Below, in pieces: positions 11,018 through 21,400 of a stretch of 64,000 nucleotides of DNA. The translations under genes were made by a program, and so were the position numbers. Position 1 is the stretch's first letter. Each line of letters begins with the position of its first letter. Origin of the DNA: Felis catus (taxonomy: Eukaryota); assembly GCF_018350175.1 (NCBI RefSeq), contig NC_058368.1, forward strand, positions 117,058,001-117,122,000. Reading direction: 5' to 3'. The notes below the pieces were generated by a model, which saw only the letters and a list, made by a program, of their open reading frames with translations, had not been told where the DNA came from and searched no databases.

Positions 11018-11630
11018 ATGGCGGCTCTGCCGCAGGGTGAGGCCCCGCCGCACCTCTCTGGGTCCTGGTCTTCCCTCGACTGGGGACGCCCCGGTGACGG
11101 TGGGAGAGCAAGCCTAACGCGAGCAGATCCGCTCCGCGGTGCCGGCTGGAGAATGGCTATTTTCATGGCAACATCGCTCAGGATCTGGGGCTGAAGTCCT
11201 AGAAACCGGTGGCCCAGAGTCCTCATCATTTTCGGAGGTAGGATACAGCGTTTTTACAATTGGCTTGGAAAACAGGTATTTATGTGTTGCTAAGAAAGTT
11301 GATAGAAAAGAGCTGTGTGGTTCCAGCGCTCTCTAGAGCACAGCAGCGGGCGTTCGGGATACAAATGCCAACAGGACTGGCTTCCAAGGCAAGGTGCGGT
11401 TTTGGACATAAGCTTGAGGATACCGCTTTTTAGGACACACTTTACCTTCCGGATAGATGCTCGTAATCCCATTGTTAGAATTAATTCTCTTAAGGTTTTC
11501 ATTCCAAGGCCTAGTTGGTGTTTTATTTTGGGGGTAAAAATAAAATGAAAGGGGCAGGAAGTACGCTGAAATGATTCTACCTTCGGAAACCTTTCCTTGT
11601 CTGATTATCTTTGGCTATCAGTTAATCAAA
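11018..11630 (+). pseudogene. Degenerate clustered protocadherin variable-exon relic 2 (leader, EC1, EC2; probable EC3 remnant at ~13885-14035)
   Basis: Start atggcggctctgc is identical to the PCDHGA2 start. Colinear motifs: EQIRSAVP (11121), GNIAQDLGL (11167), VLIIFGGRIQRF (~11219), KVDRKELCG (11295), DARNPIVRINSLK (~11456), GRKYAEMIL (11553), YQLI (11616). Frameshifts and stops. Confidence 0.8.
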
Positions 11631-11639
11631 TGAGGTACT

Positions 11640-11838
11640 GGGGCGCCTAGTGGCTCAGTCTGTTAAGTGTCAAGACTTCTGCTCAGGTCATAATCTCACA
11701 ATTTGAGCCCCTTTTGGGGCTCTCTGCTGTCAGCACAGAGCCTGCTTCAGATCCTCTGTCTCCCTCTCTCTGCCCCGTTCCTGCTTGCTCCCTCTTTCTC
11801 TCTCAAAACATAAATAAATATAAAATTTTTTAAAAAAT
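11640..11838 (+). mobile_element. Can-SINE
   Basis: ggggcgcctagtggctcag head and A-rich tail. Confidence 0.88.
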
Positions 11839-11867
11839 AAGTGAGGCATTGAAATAAAAAATAAAAG

Positions 11868-12455
11868 TCCATTTGCAACTACGTGGATGGAACTAGAGGG
11901 TATTATGCTAAGCGAAATTAGTCATAGAAAGACATATATTATTTCATTCATATGAGAAATTTAAGATACAAAACATGAACATAAGGGAAAGGAAGCAAAA
12001 ATAATATAAAAACAGAGAGGGGACAAAACATAAGGGATTCTTTAAAATTTTTTTAATGTTTTATTTATTTTTGAGAGAGAGAGTGCGAGTGGGGGAAGGG
12101 CAGAGAGAGAGGGAGACAGAATCTGAAGCAGGCTTCAGGCTCCAGCTGACAGCATAGAGCCCGTCTAGGGGCTCGAACTCATGAACCATGAGATCATGAC
12201 CCGAGCGGAAGTCATGACCTGAGCCGAAGTTGATGCGTAACTGAGCCACCCAGGCGCCCCAGGGGGACTCTAAAATACAGAGAACAAACAGAGGGTTGTG
12301 GAGGGGTTGTGGGAGGGGGGAATGGGCTAACTGGTTAAGGAGCATTAAGGAATCTACTCCTGAAATCATTGTTGCACTATCTGTTAACTAACTTGGATGT
12401 AAATTAAAAATAAATTAATTAAACAAAAATAAATGAATACATACATACATACATA
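11868..12455 (+). mobile_element. Carnivore LINE-1 3' end with a nested minus-strand Can-SINE (~12045-12260)
   Basis: Closely similar to the L1 3' end at 6685-7010 (ccatttgcaact...aaggaatctactcctgaaatc...ggatgtaaatt); the SINE interrupts it. Confidence 0.88.
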
Positions 12456-12622
12456 CTAGTGAGGCACTGAAAAGCAAATGGTGCATGGATAGCTTGTCAG
12501 CAGGTAGACTTCATTGAAGTAGATAGTGACCTGGCCTTTTCTTTGGAGAAGGCCCAAATGTCAGTATCTGACCTCTTTTCTCTGGATCACATGGTTTCTT
12601 TAGAGAATAATCTTTGAATCTT

Positions 12623-12625
<3 letters not shown>

Positions 12626-12662
<37 letters not shown>
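12626..12662. repeat. (TG)n microsatellite, about 18 units
   Basis: Perfect dinucleotide run. Confidence 0.97.
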
Positions 12663-12666
<4 letters not shown>

Positions 12667-13193
12667 GTATGCCTTGGAAATGGATTTAATGAGACCAAGA
12701 ATGGAGTAAGAGGGGTAACATTACTGCAGTAAAGTACATAGATTTTCACCTAATTTTGTTTGATGCTGTACAACACTTTATCTGTGTCTGCTTTCTCTGA
12801 GTTTGAGCCTCCTTTGGTTCAATTTACCTAGAAAGTACACTTTTCATCTGTGGGATGGGGAAGGAAGTCATTCTAGGGAGGGATAGGAATCCTGGACATC
12901 CAATAGCTCTGGATATACTTTAATGAATCCCCCATGTCCAGCCTCATGCCTTTCCCCCTTCCTTGGAAACTTCTGCCTGCAAATATTGAGCCTCTTGCAG
13001 GTTCTGTCAGTTGGGTTTGTCTCTCTTTGGTATACTGCCTTGCAGACATTTAGCATGTAACTTTCTCTGATCTCTGAATTTATCATTCTTTCCTCTGCTT
13101 TGGACTTCTGAAAACAGATTAACATTCCTCATTCACTGTTGTCTCATCTCTTACTCTTTTTGACTTTAGGGGTTCTTGTTATCTGGGCAAACT

Positions 13194-13385
13194 TTTTTTC
13201 CTAATGTTTATTTATTTATTTTGAGAGGGGGTAGGGGCAGAGGGAGAGAGAGAGAGAATCCCAACCAGGCTCCCTGATATGAGCACAGAGCCCAATGTGG
13301 GACTTGATCTCACACCCCATGAGATCATGACCTGAGCCAAAATCAAGGGTTGGAGGCTTACCTGGCTCAGCCATCCAGGTGTCCC
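13194..13385 (-). mobile_element. Can-SINE (older subtype with cttgattt insert)
   Basis: Reverse-complement SINE; a second short SINE lies at ~13500-13605. Confidence 0.8.
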
Positions 13386-15043
13386 TTGGCAAATTTTTGA
13401 CAAAGAAAAGAGCTATGTGAGAACACTGTGCCGTTTTACACTGGAAAAAGAATTTTAAATTCTTCATGTCATATTTGAAGGATTTTTAAAAATTTATTTT
13501 ACTTTTTTTTTTTCTTAAAATAAACTCTATCCCCAAGTGGGGCTGGAACTCACCACTCGAAGATCAAGGGTCACATGCTTTAGTGACTGAGCCAGCCAGG
13601 CACCCTGAGGGATTTTTTGTTATGTTTTGATATTACCCTCAAGAAATTCAAGGAGAAAGAAATAAAAAGCATATTTTAATATTTATTGTAGAAGCCCTAT
13701 CAAGTTATCTAGAAATGCTTTTAATATCTTAATGACCACGGAGTGTCAATTAATTACATCTGGTTCATTGTTTATTTTTTAAAAAACATGCTGAGTTTTT
13801 ACAAACACAAGATACATAGAAAACTGCAATAAATCATCAACTACTTTTGTGTTAAGTTCATACATATGTTTTGGAGAAGCCAAATTAGTGATCAAGGCCA
13901 GGGAGCACAAGGGCGTTAAAAGGGAAATGGTCTATACCTTCATTGAATTGCCAGACATAGTTGCATAAATAGCAGAGACAGAGATCAAGTTCCATGACAT
14001 ACATTTAACTAAATATATGGATTTGGAGACAACAGATGCCAGAATATATTGTATCACTGACCAGCATAATAGGCAGTCTTAAGCAAGTGAAACCATTTTT
14101 TTCTTACTAACCACAATGATGATACTTCTGTTCTAATTGTAAGTATGCCCTCCCAAGCATACATACCAGAAAATAATGGCACAGAATTTCCAGCTTTTCA
14201 CTGAAGACCACTACCTTTGACAAGATGAATACCTAAATCACATGCTCCCTAGCAATTGGGCCAGATAGGAATACCAGAGAAAGTGGGGTGTGAGCCAAGG
14301 CCTGAATGACAAAAAGATAAACATGAGAATATCTGGAGACAGTTTCAGGAAAAGAGAACTGTACATGCTAAATATAGCTCTGTGGTGAGAAAGAGGTTGG
14401 CATTTGAAGTAAAGAAAAAAAAGTCCAGTATGGCTGTGTAGTGAGTAGTCTTCCTAGTGTGTATTTTCACATAGCGTGTATAAAAGATAAGAACCAGAGT
14501 TTAAGTCATTCAGAGGCACAAGTTGTCACAATTTGTCCAAATTTTCATCTCAAATAAAAATTTCATCTCCAAATTGAAAATGTCAGGATTTATGTAACTA
14601 AAAACTGAACATAAAGATCCCTTTTACCTAGTCTGTAGATATAATGAAAATTGGAAGCCATATTGACATGAATGCTTATTGCAGCATTTGGTATAATAAA
14701 AAAATTGTTGTGGAACAACCTAAGTGGCCAGCAATAGGGGAGTGGATAAAATGTTTTTTAAAAAATCTTTATCATGAACTGAAGCAGTAAATCTATGTGT
14801 GCTGATAAGGAAGGATATTTATATATTTTTGAGTCATAAATTTTATAGTGGTATCTGTAACAAAATCATACTTTTTTTCCTTTACCAAACTAAATATACA
14901 TTTAGTTGTACACTAAATAAAGACCTGGAATGATACAGCTCAAAATGTTAACAGTTTACTCTAGAAAGTTGGTTGAAAGGGACTTTATCTTTTATTTTTT
15001 GTAAAAATCTCTGTATTATTTAATATTGAAAACTGTACTCATT

Positions 15044-15106
15044 GGAAACCAATTTGACAATAAACTTCATATATTGAAAAAAAAACAAACAACAACAACA
15101 ACAAAA
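15044..15106 (+). mobile_element. Extremely 5'-truncated LINE-1 terminus plus poly-A
   Basis: ggaaaccaatttgacaataaac matches the L1 3' end seen reversed at ~24230-24256; 16-bp TSD gaaaactgtactcatt at 15028-15043 and 15107-15122. Confidence 0.8.
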
Positions 15107-15436
15107 GAAAACTGTACTCATTAGCCAAAGGAACTGTGAGAATAGTGAGTCCTTTTGGTAACTCAGTACTTACTTTAAGAGAAATGGATCCCACTCTTTT
15201 TCAGTTAAGCTTTTCTTTTTACATAAGAGGGTAACTCTTAACTCTATAACTTATAACTCTAACTCATTATAGAGTTCTCAATATGAATAGAAAGCCAAGC
15301 TATAAATAAATCAAGTAAAAAACAAAGTTATAGTAGTTAGCAGAGTCCCTTTGTTTATGCTGCAGATTATTTGAAGCAAACTGTTTCTGTTGTAATTAGT
15401 TTCCTTTTTTTGTTTGTGTTTTTTTGGAGGGGGGGT

Positions 15437-15457
15437 TAATGTTTATTTATTTATTTT

Positions 15458-15492
<35 letters not shown>

Positions 15493-15655
15493 CCATGAGT
15501 GGGGGAGGGAAAGAAAGAGGGAGAGAGAATCCCAACCAGGCTCTGGACTGTCAGCACAGAGCTCAGCACGGTACTCCATCTCACCAACTGTGAGATCATG
15601 ACCTGAGCCCAAATCAAGAGTTGGGCACTTAACCGACTGAGCCACCCAGGTGTCT
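15437..15655 (-). mobile_element. Can-SINE
   Basis: Reverse-complement SINE with a (GA)n tract. Confidence 0.88.
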
Positions 15656-15804
15656 CTGTAATTAGATTCTTTAATTTGAAATCAGCCACTTAAAATAGCT
15701 GTTTCTTTATACTTGTCTATCACTTTTATCATTTTTAATTCAAAATTATTTAATCCCTGTTATGTTCAGACAGTAGTACATAGGCAATAATAGTTTGCTT
15801 TTAT

Positions 15805-16010
15805 TGTTAATTTTACTATATTCCAGGCATTGTTCTAAGTCCTTTATATGTATCAACTCAATAGCCAACAACCAACAACTCAACAGCTCTATGAGGTACA
15901 TAATATTATCACCTTCATTTTAATGATGAGAACACTGAAAAAAACAGATTTGTCCAACAGCACACAACTAATAGGTCACTGAGCTAGCATATAAACCCAG
16001 GCACTGCATC
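15805..16010 (-). mobile_element. Ancient MIR-like SINE remnant
   Basis: ccaggcattgttctaag...ctctatgaggta...attatc...cattttaatgatgagaacactga resembles the MIR core. Confidence 0.55.
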
Positions 16011-17261
16011 TCTTGATCTTGAGATTTTGATCTCTTTACTATCCTTTAGTAAGTTTACAGTGACTAACAAGCCCAAGTGCCTACTCTCAGTGAGTTTACA
16101 GCCTAGTGGGGGATGAGCCATAGGTAGCTTACACTTTAGAATGGTAAATGCATAACTGAGTATTTATCCCAGCAGACTACTGGAGAGTGCATGAGATTAT
16201 AACAGACACTAAATGTGTAGTTGAGTACTTCATATCCAGTATTTGGTATGGCATAGAACAATAAGTATTTGTTGAATAAAAGGTAAAGAGTAGAAGCAAA
16301 GCCATAGTAGAGCTGCTCTAGATGGAGAGAAAGAAGGACTTGTTGGAGTTGGTGACGTTAAGGTTGAGAATGGAGATATGTGGGATTTGGCCAAATAAAG
16401 AGTCTTCTAGATATGGGCTAAAAATAAGTGGGAAGATGTGGTGACACGAGGCTGAAAAGGTAATTGGAGTACTCATAATCTTGTGTTTTTTAAAAAAATA
16501 TAAACTTAGTCCTGAAAGCAGTGGTATACCTTTGAAGGGTTTTAAGCATGGGAATGACATGATCAAATATAGCTTAGGAAGATCACTTTGATGGCCAACT
16601 CAAAAACCTAAATTGGTGAGAAAAAAAGTTCATAAACACACAACCAGTTAGGAAGCCATTGCCATTTGCTTGGCAAGAGATGAAAATGATTTGAGCTGGA
16701 ACACTGCCAGTAGAGATGAAGTAGTGATTGAAGAGCTTTTTTATAAGTAGACTCAGTAGTCAGAGGGTGAGTAGTCAAAAGTTATGGCTTAAGCTTCTAG
16801 CTTCAGTAACTGGGTTGGGTGATTGTGCTCTTTATTTTCACTTAGTCATAAAACAAAGAAGAGCAAGTTTTCAAGGAAAAGGAGGAAAGGAGTTCCATTT
16901 GGGGACATTTGGAGTTGAGTTGCCTGAGAGATACAAGTATTTCCAGTATACAGCTGAATATACTAAATCTGAAGCTCTTAAGAGATCAGAAATATGGATT
17001 TGAGAATCAGCATAGTGCTAGTAACTGAAATGGGAGTCAAACAATCACTAGACCATTTTGTTATTGTATGCCGTATCTCTCCTTCCTATTAAAGATGGAA
17101 TTCAGCCATCAGTGGTGTTGAGACCTTTGTAAGAATAAATTATTTTGATAAGTGACTCACTGTAAAGGCAAATATGGTGGGACCTTTTCAGGTGTCAATG
17201 CTTTAAGTGTAGCAAAATACCAAATGAACTAAAACAGCATTTATTATCTACCTACCATCCT

Positions 17262-17476
17262 TTTTCTTTAAAAAAAATTTTTTTAAATGTTTATTTTTGA
17301 GAGAGAGACAGTGTGACAGGGGGAGGAAGAGAGAGAGGGAAACACAGAATCTGAAGCAGGCTCCAGGCTCTGAGTCATCAGCACAGAGCCCAATGCGGGG
17401 CTCGAACTCACAAACTGGGAGATCATGACCGGAGCCAAAGTCGGATGCTTAACTGACTGAGCCACCCAGACAACCC
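17262..17476 (-). mobile_element. Can-SINE
   Basis: Reverse-complement SINE; TSD ctacctaccatcct on both sides. Confidence 0.9.
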
Positions 17477-18385
17477 TCTACCTACCATCCTAATGTATTA
17501 AGAAAACTTGCTTCTTCTTATTTGCAAACATCAAGAAATAATCCAAAGTCTGATACTTGGGAGAAACCTTAAACCTCTGTATTCTGTACTAAAATCTTAA
17601 AAATTAGAGCATTTTGGTAGAAAACAATCAGATAATGTGAAAGAGAAAATTAGTATTGTGAGATTTCCACCATCAGCATGTAGGATTTTAGACTTGAGAA
17701 GTCTGCACAGTTTTAACATTTCACTACGGATGTTTCCTGTCAAATACAAAATTAAAATGGGCTTTAAATGTTTGCTTCATGAGGCCAATTTTCAAACGAA
17801 CCTTTAATCCCAACCTGTCAGAAATGAATTGCATGCAATAGTGCATTTTGCAAATTTTGTCAGTTTTCAGAAATAGCTTAAATGTAAGGCATTAGATGAG
17901 AATCTTAAGAACATGTAAAATTTAAGAATATGAAAATTATGTTTAAGAAATTTTGAAATACTATAGTGATGACTTCCTTTATGAACAATTTTGATTAACT
18001 AACATGGACACATCACCTCCATTCTGAGAATACTATTAAATGACTGCAGGATTAAAGTTGAAAATATTTGCAAATGCAATCAATTCAAACCAATGTTGAC
18101 TCAGTGAAAAGTACTCAGTATGATAGCCTTTGCTTTGTTTCTACTATTTTAACCGAGTGTAGTGCTTAAAAAAGAAAAAAAAGATAAAAATACTAAGTTT
18201 TATAAATAAAACTATAGTAACTCTTAAAGATAAAAATAGTAAGTTGTATCCTAACAAAAGTTAGGATGGTTTAGGAAAGGTTCTATACCTTGTGTTTTGT
18301 AACCTCCAAATGAAACAGGTGGGTTGGAAACTTAACATAAGGCAAAGATGGCATTTCCCAGTTTCTTTGACCCTGCTGTGATTTC

Positions 18386-18610
18386 TTTTTTTTTTTTTAA
18401 TTTTTTTTAACATTTATTTTTGAGACAGAGAGAGCCAGAGCATGAACGGGGGAGGGTCAGAGAGAGAGAGGGAGACACAGAATCTGAAACAGGCTCCAGG
18501 CTCTGAGCAGTCAGCACAGAGCCCGACACGGGGCTTGAACTCACGAACAGTGAGATTGTGACCTGAGCCCGAAGTTGGACCCTTAACCGACTGAGCCACC
18601 CAGGCACCCC
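18386..18610 (-). mobile_element. Can-SINE (SINEC_Fc-like)
   Basis: Reverse-complement SINE; TSD gaccctgctgt(g/a)atttctt. Confidence 0.9.
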
Positions 18611-18774
18611 AGACCCTGCTGTAATTTCTTAAAACCCAACACGTAACTGTTTCTTTTCCCTACAAACCAGAATCAAATCAGTCATTAAACCCCACCAAGA
18701 AACCACCTCAAGAGGATCTGATCTCCACTACCCCTAAAAGAGCAAGACACATTATGAGGTGAAAATTAGTTACT

Positions 18775-18780
18775 TTTATT
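18775..18780 (-). terminator. Candidate polyadenylation signal of TAF7
   Basis: AATAAA on the minus strand about 510 nt downstream of the stop codon; position only, no transcript evidence. Confidence 0.45.
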
Positions 18781-19286
18781 TACTGTTAAAACAACTTTAT
18801 GAAATGATTTGCAACTCTACATGGGGACAAATGCTTTCAGCAGCTGGGAAAATAGCTACCACTGCATGGGAAAACATATGCAAACTAGTTTCACTGCCTG
18901 CAGACTAGACTCTAGATCTTATTGCTCTCAGATGGCATCAGAGAGAAGCAACAGCCACTTCTGGCAAATGAGAAACAGCAGCAAAGTCCTGCAGTCAAGG
19001 TGTGATTACTAAGGTTGAACTGTTCATTCCACTAACCCTACAATTTTCCTACAATCATTTATCTGTGTACACATTCCTACTTCCTAAAGAATAAACACCT
19101 AACAAAGTGGTTATGACAAACAAGATAGCAATTCACATTTATATTTGTCTGTAAGACAAATTCAGCAACAAACAGTGGGGAAAATGGGAACTACTATAAA
19201 GTTACATCTAGTCCAGGTGATGAAGCCAAGATTATTCTTTCAATGGTGAGCAAGCTAAGGAATGAAATTAAGTATGAGAACTCTTC

Positions 19287-20336
19287 TCACTTCTCTAGGA
19301 GTGATTCTAGCTCTTCTTGCAAAGAGCTGAGCTGCTCCTTTTCTCGGTCTTCCTTTTGTTTGAGTTCATCCAGCACAGCCTGAAATCTGTTCTTGAGAGC
19401 CAGGTTTTCAACTTTCATAATGAGATCCTCCTGTCGTTTTGCCCTATCCTGGGTCTCTTGGAGTTTGCCTTTCATATTATCAATCTGTTTCTGAATTCCC
19501 ATGACCAGCTGATTGGTTCCCTCATTTTCTTGGTGCTGTTCATCTGATTCATTCAACTTGTCCTGTAGCTGTCTTTCCAAATCTTCCTCAGTGTCAATGA
19601 TGTTTATATCTTCTTCATCTTGATGCTGGGTCTCATCTTCATCTTCACTGCTGCTGCTGAGGTCATTGAATATCTCCCGAAGCTCATCGTGTTCTAATGA
19701 GTCATGGCCCTGCCTGTGACCAGACATTCCTGGAGAAGAAATATCAAGGCCCTGATTTTCTGTTTCTTTTGTTTCATCTTCAGCAATTATTTCCCAACGA
19801 GTACTCACAGCTTCAGCATCTGTACTCAGCAACCGCTTCACTTCTTTCTCCACATCTGGAGATTCAATATACTTCTTCTTTGCTGTCTTCCGGAACCTTC
19901 TCTTTCTGACATTTTTAAGAGGCAGAGTAATTCCATGGTTCCATATAAACTTTTTCTCTTTGTCCTTATCCTTTTTCTTGCTTGCTTTGGGATCAGTAGT
20001 AGCAACTGGTTCTTCCACAGGAGGATAGAGATCACCATCGACTGTGGAGACAAGCATCTGACATATATCAGCTGTCTTGTAAAATGTTTTCTTATCAATG
20101 GTTTTCAGACTTTCCATAACACACGGAAGATCTACCAATTTTGAGGCCAATGGGACCCGGTCCACTCTGACGATTCCATGACGTCCATCAGGGTGTAACT
20201 CAATTGTCAGTCTGTCCTTCAGGTTGACATGACCAGACTGTACTGCCCGCCTCACAGTAGAGGCATATTCTGGAGGTAGCCGTAAGATAAACTGGCTCTC
20301 TAGTTCGTGAGGAGCATCATCTTTGCTCTTACTCAT
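19287..20336 (-). CDS. TAF7: Transcription initiation factor TFIID subunit 7 (TAFII55), intronless coding sequence
   Basis: 349-aa ORF from the ATG at 20336 (MSKSKDDAPHELESQFILRLP...WNHGITLPLKNVRKRRFRK...LESLLEK) with an acidic tract and C-terminal coiled coil; known neighbour of SLC25A2 and PCDHG. Confidence 0.98.
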   Translation of the reverse strand: MSKSKDDAPHELESQFILRLPPEYASTVRRAVQSGHVNLKDRLTIELHPDGRHGIVRVDRVPLASKLVDLPCVMESLKTIDKKTFYKTADICQMLVSTVDGDLYPPVEEPVATTDPKASKKKDKDKEKKFIWNHGITLPLKNVRKRRFRKTAKKKYIESPDVEKEVKRLLSTDAEAVSTRWEIIAEDETKETENQGLDISSPGMSGHRQGHDSLEHDELREIFNDLSSSSEDEDETQHQDEEDINIIDTEEDLERQLQDKLNESDEQHQENEGTNQLVMGIQKQIDNMKGKLQETQDRAKRQEDLIMKVENLALKNRFQAVLDELKQKEDREKEQLSSLQEELESLLEK

Positions 20337-20559
20337 CTTTACTTCTTTGAGATTCACTTTTCTGACAATCACTTGTTGCACTAAAAAGTTCCAACAGTCA
20401 GAACGACCAGTTTGTTATGAGCTGAAATCTTAAGTACAAAGAGTTTTAAGCAGAACAGGAGCTAAGCGTCTATTTTGTCTTAATGTTGAATCAAGGCCCA
20501 AGTCTATATGAATTTGTCGTGACTAAAAACCAGTTAGGTGCGTTTTAATCTATTAGCTG

Positions 20560-21400
20560 CAATGCAAGTTTCAGCCTCCAGATGCCGCTGCCGGACAATG
20601 CAGAGGGAGCTAGCTAGCAGGAAAGCAAATGGCGGCTTCTGCGGAATGATTTTCGACACAGTAAGTAAGGCCCAGCAGACACTCCCAATCCACACTCTCT
20701 CACGGAACAAAGATATTCAAAAATCGGGGCGCAGTGAGCTCTCTTCGCCTTGGGTACTTACAATCCAGTGACGATTATAAACCTAGCTTCTCCGGACAGG
20801 AGCTAACGGAAGAGGAAGCCACTCAGAGCAAGACGGCCGGGCGCCGAGAGTCTTATTCAGTCTCTTTATTCCTCTGTTTTTTCCGGCTCTTAGGAAAGTG
20901 ATCCGCTACCGATTAGCAACGGAATGGCGGAGGGCAGGCAGCGCGAAATCTCGCCGAGAGCCGCAACTCGCAGAGCCAGAAGCGATAGCTCCGCAGCTCA
21001 GCAGGTCTCGGTCCGGAGCGGCTGACCGAGCGAAAAAGAAAGCACTACGTCATCCCGCCGGGCGGGAGAAGCGGCTGTGAGTGACAGCACGACTCAAGCG
21101 GAAGTGCGGGCTGCCCTAGCTTGCGCAGGCGTAGTAGTGCAATTACGCCATCCGGCGACTTGTCCTCTCGTGAGAATTTGACTTAACGCGATAATATTTC
21201 ATAGAGAGCTATTGCTTTGAAAATATTTAGAGGCAAAGCTTCCTAGAAAGACGTTAGACCCTTATGTCCCCCTTTCCCGCTCCGCTAAGCCAGAACTTTT
21301 ACCGGTCGCCGTGGGGCCGGATAGCTCCTAGACTGCTGAGTGATTACCGGAGATAGGGCGTCCGTGCGGAAAGCGTCTTTGCATCTGTCTGGAACCTCTC
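20560..21400 (-). promoter_or_regulatory. TAF7 CpG-island promoter and 5' region
   Basis: CpG-rich; ETS/GABP-like cggaagt (21099-21105), YY1-like aaatggcggc (20627-20636), tctcgtgaga near-palindrome (21166-21175), NRF1-like gcgcaggcg (21123-21131). The TSS cannot be determined. Confidence 0.7.

Noticed and set aside
12470..12750. Additional cadherin-like peptides (VDSDLAFS, VTLLQ, GNITAVKYIDF)
   Set aside because: Motif order and frames are ambiguous, so I cannot separate them from chance by eye.
20337..20381. 15-aa N-terminal extension of TAF7 in the ORF track
   Set aside because: It depends on a GTG start overlapping the candidate splice acceptor; the ATG at 20336 gives the canonical 349-aa protein.
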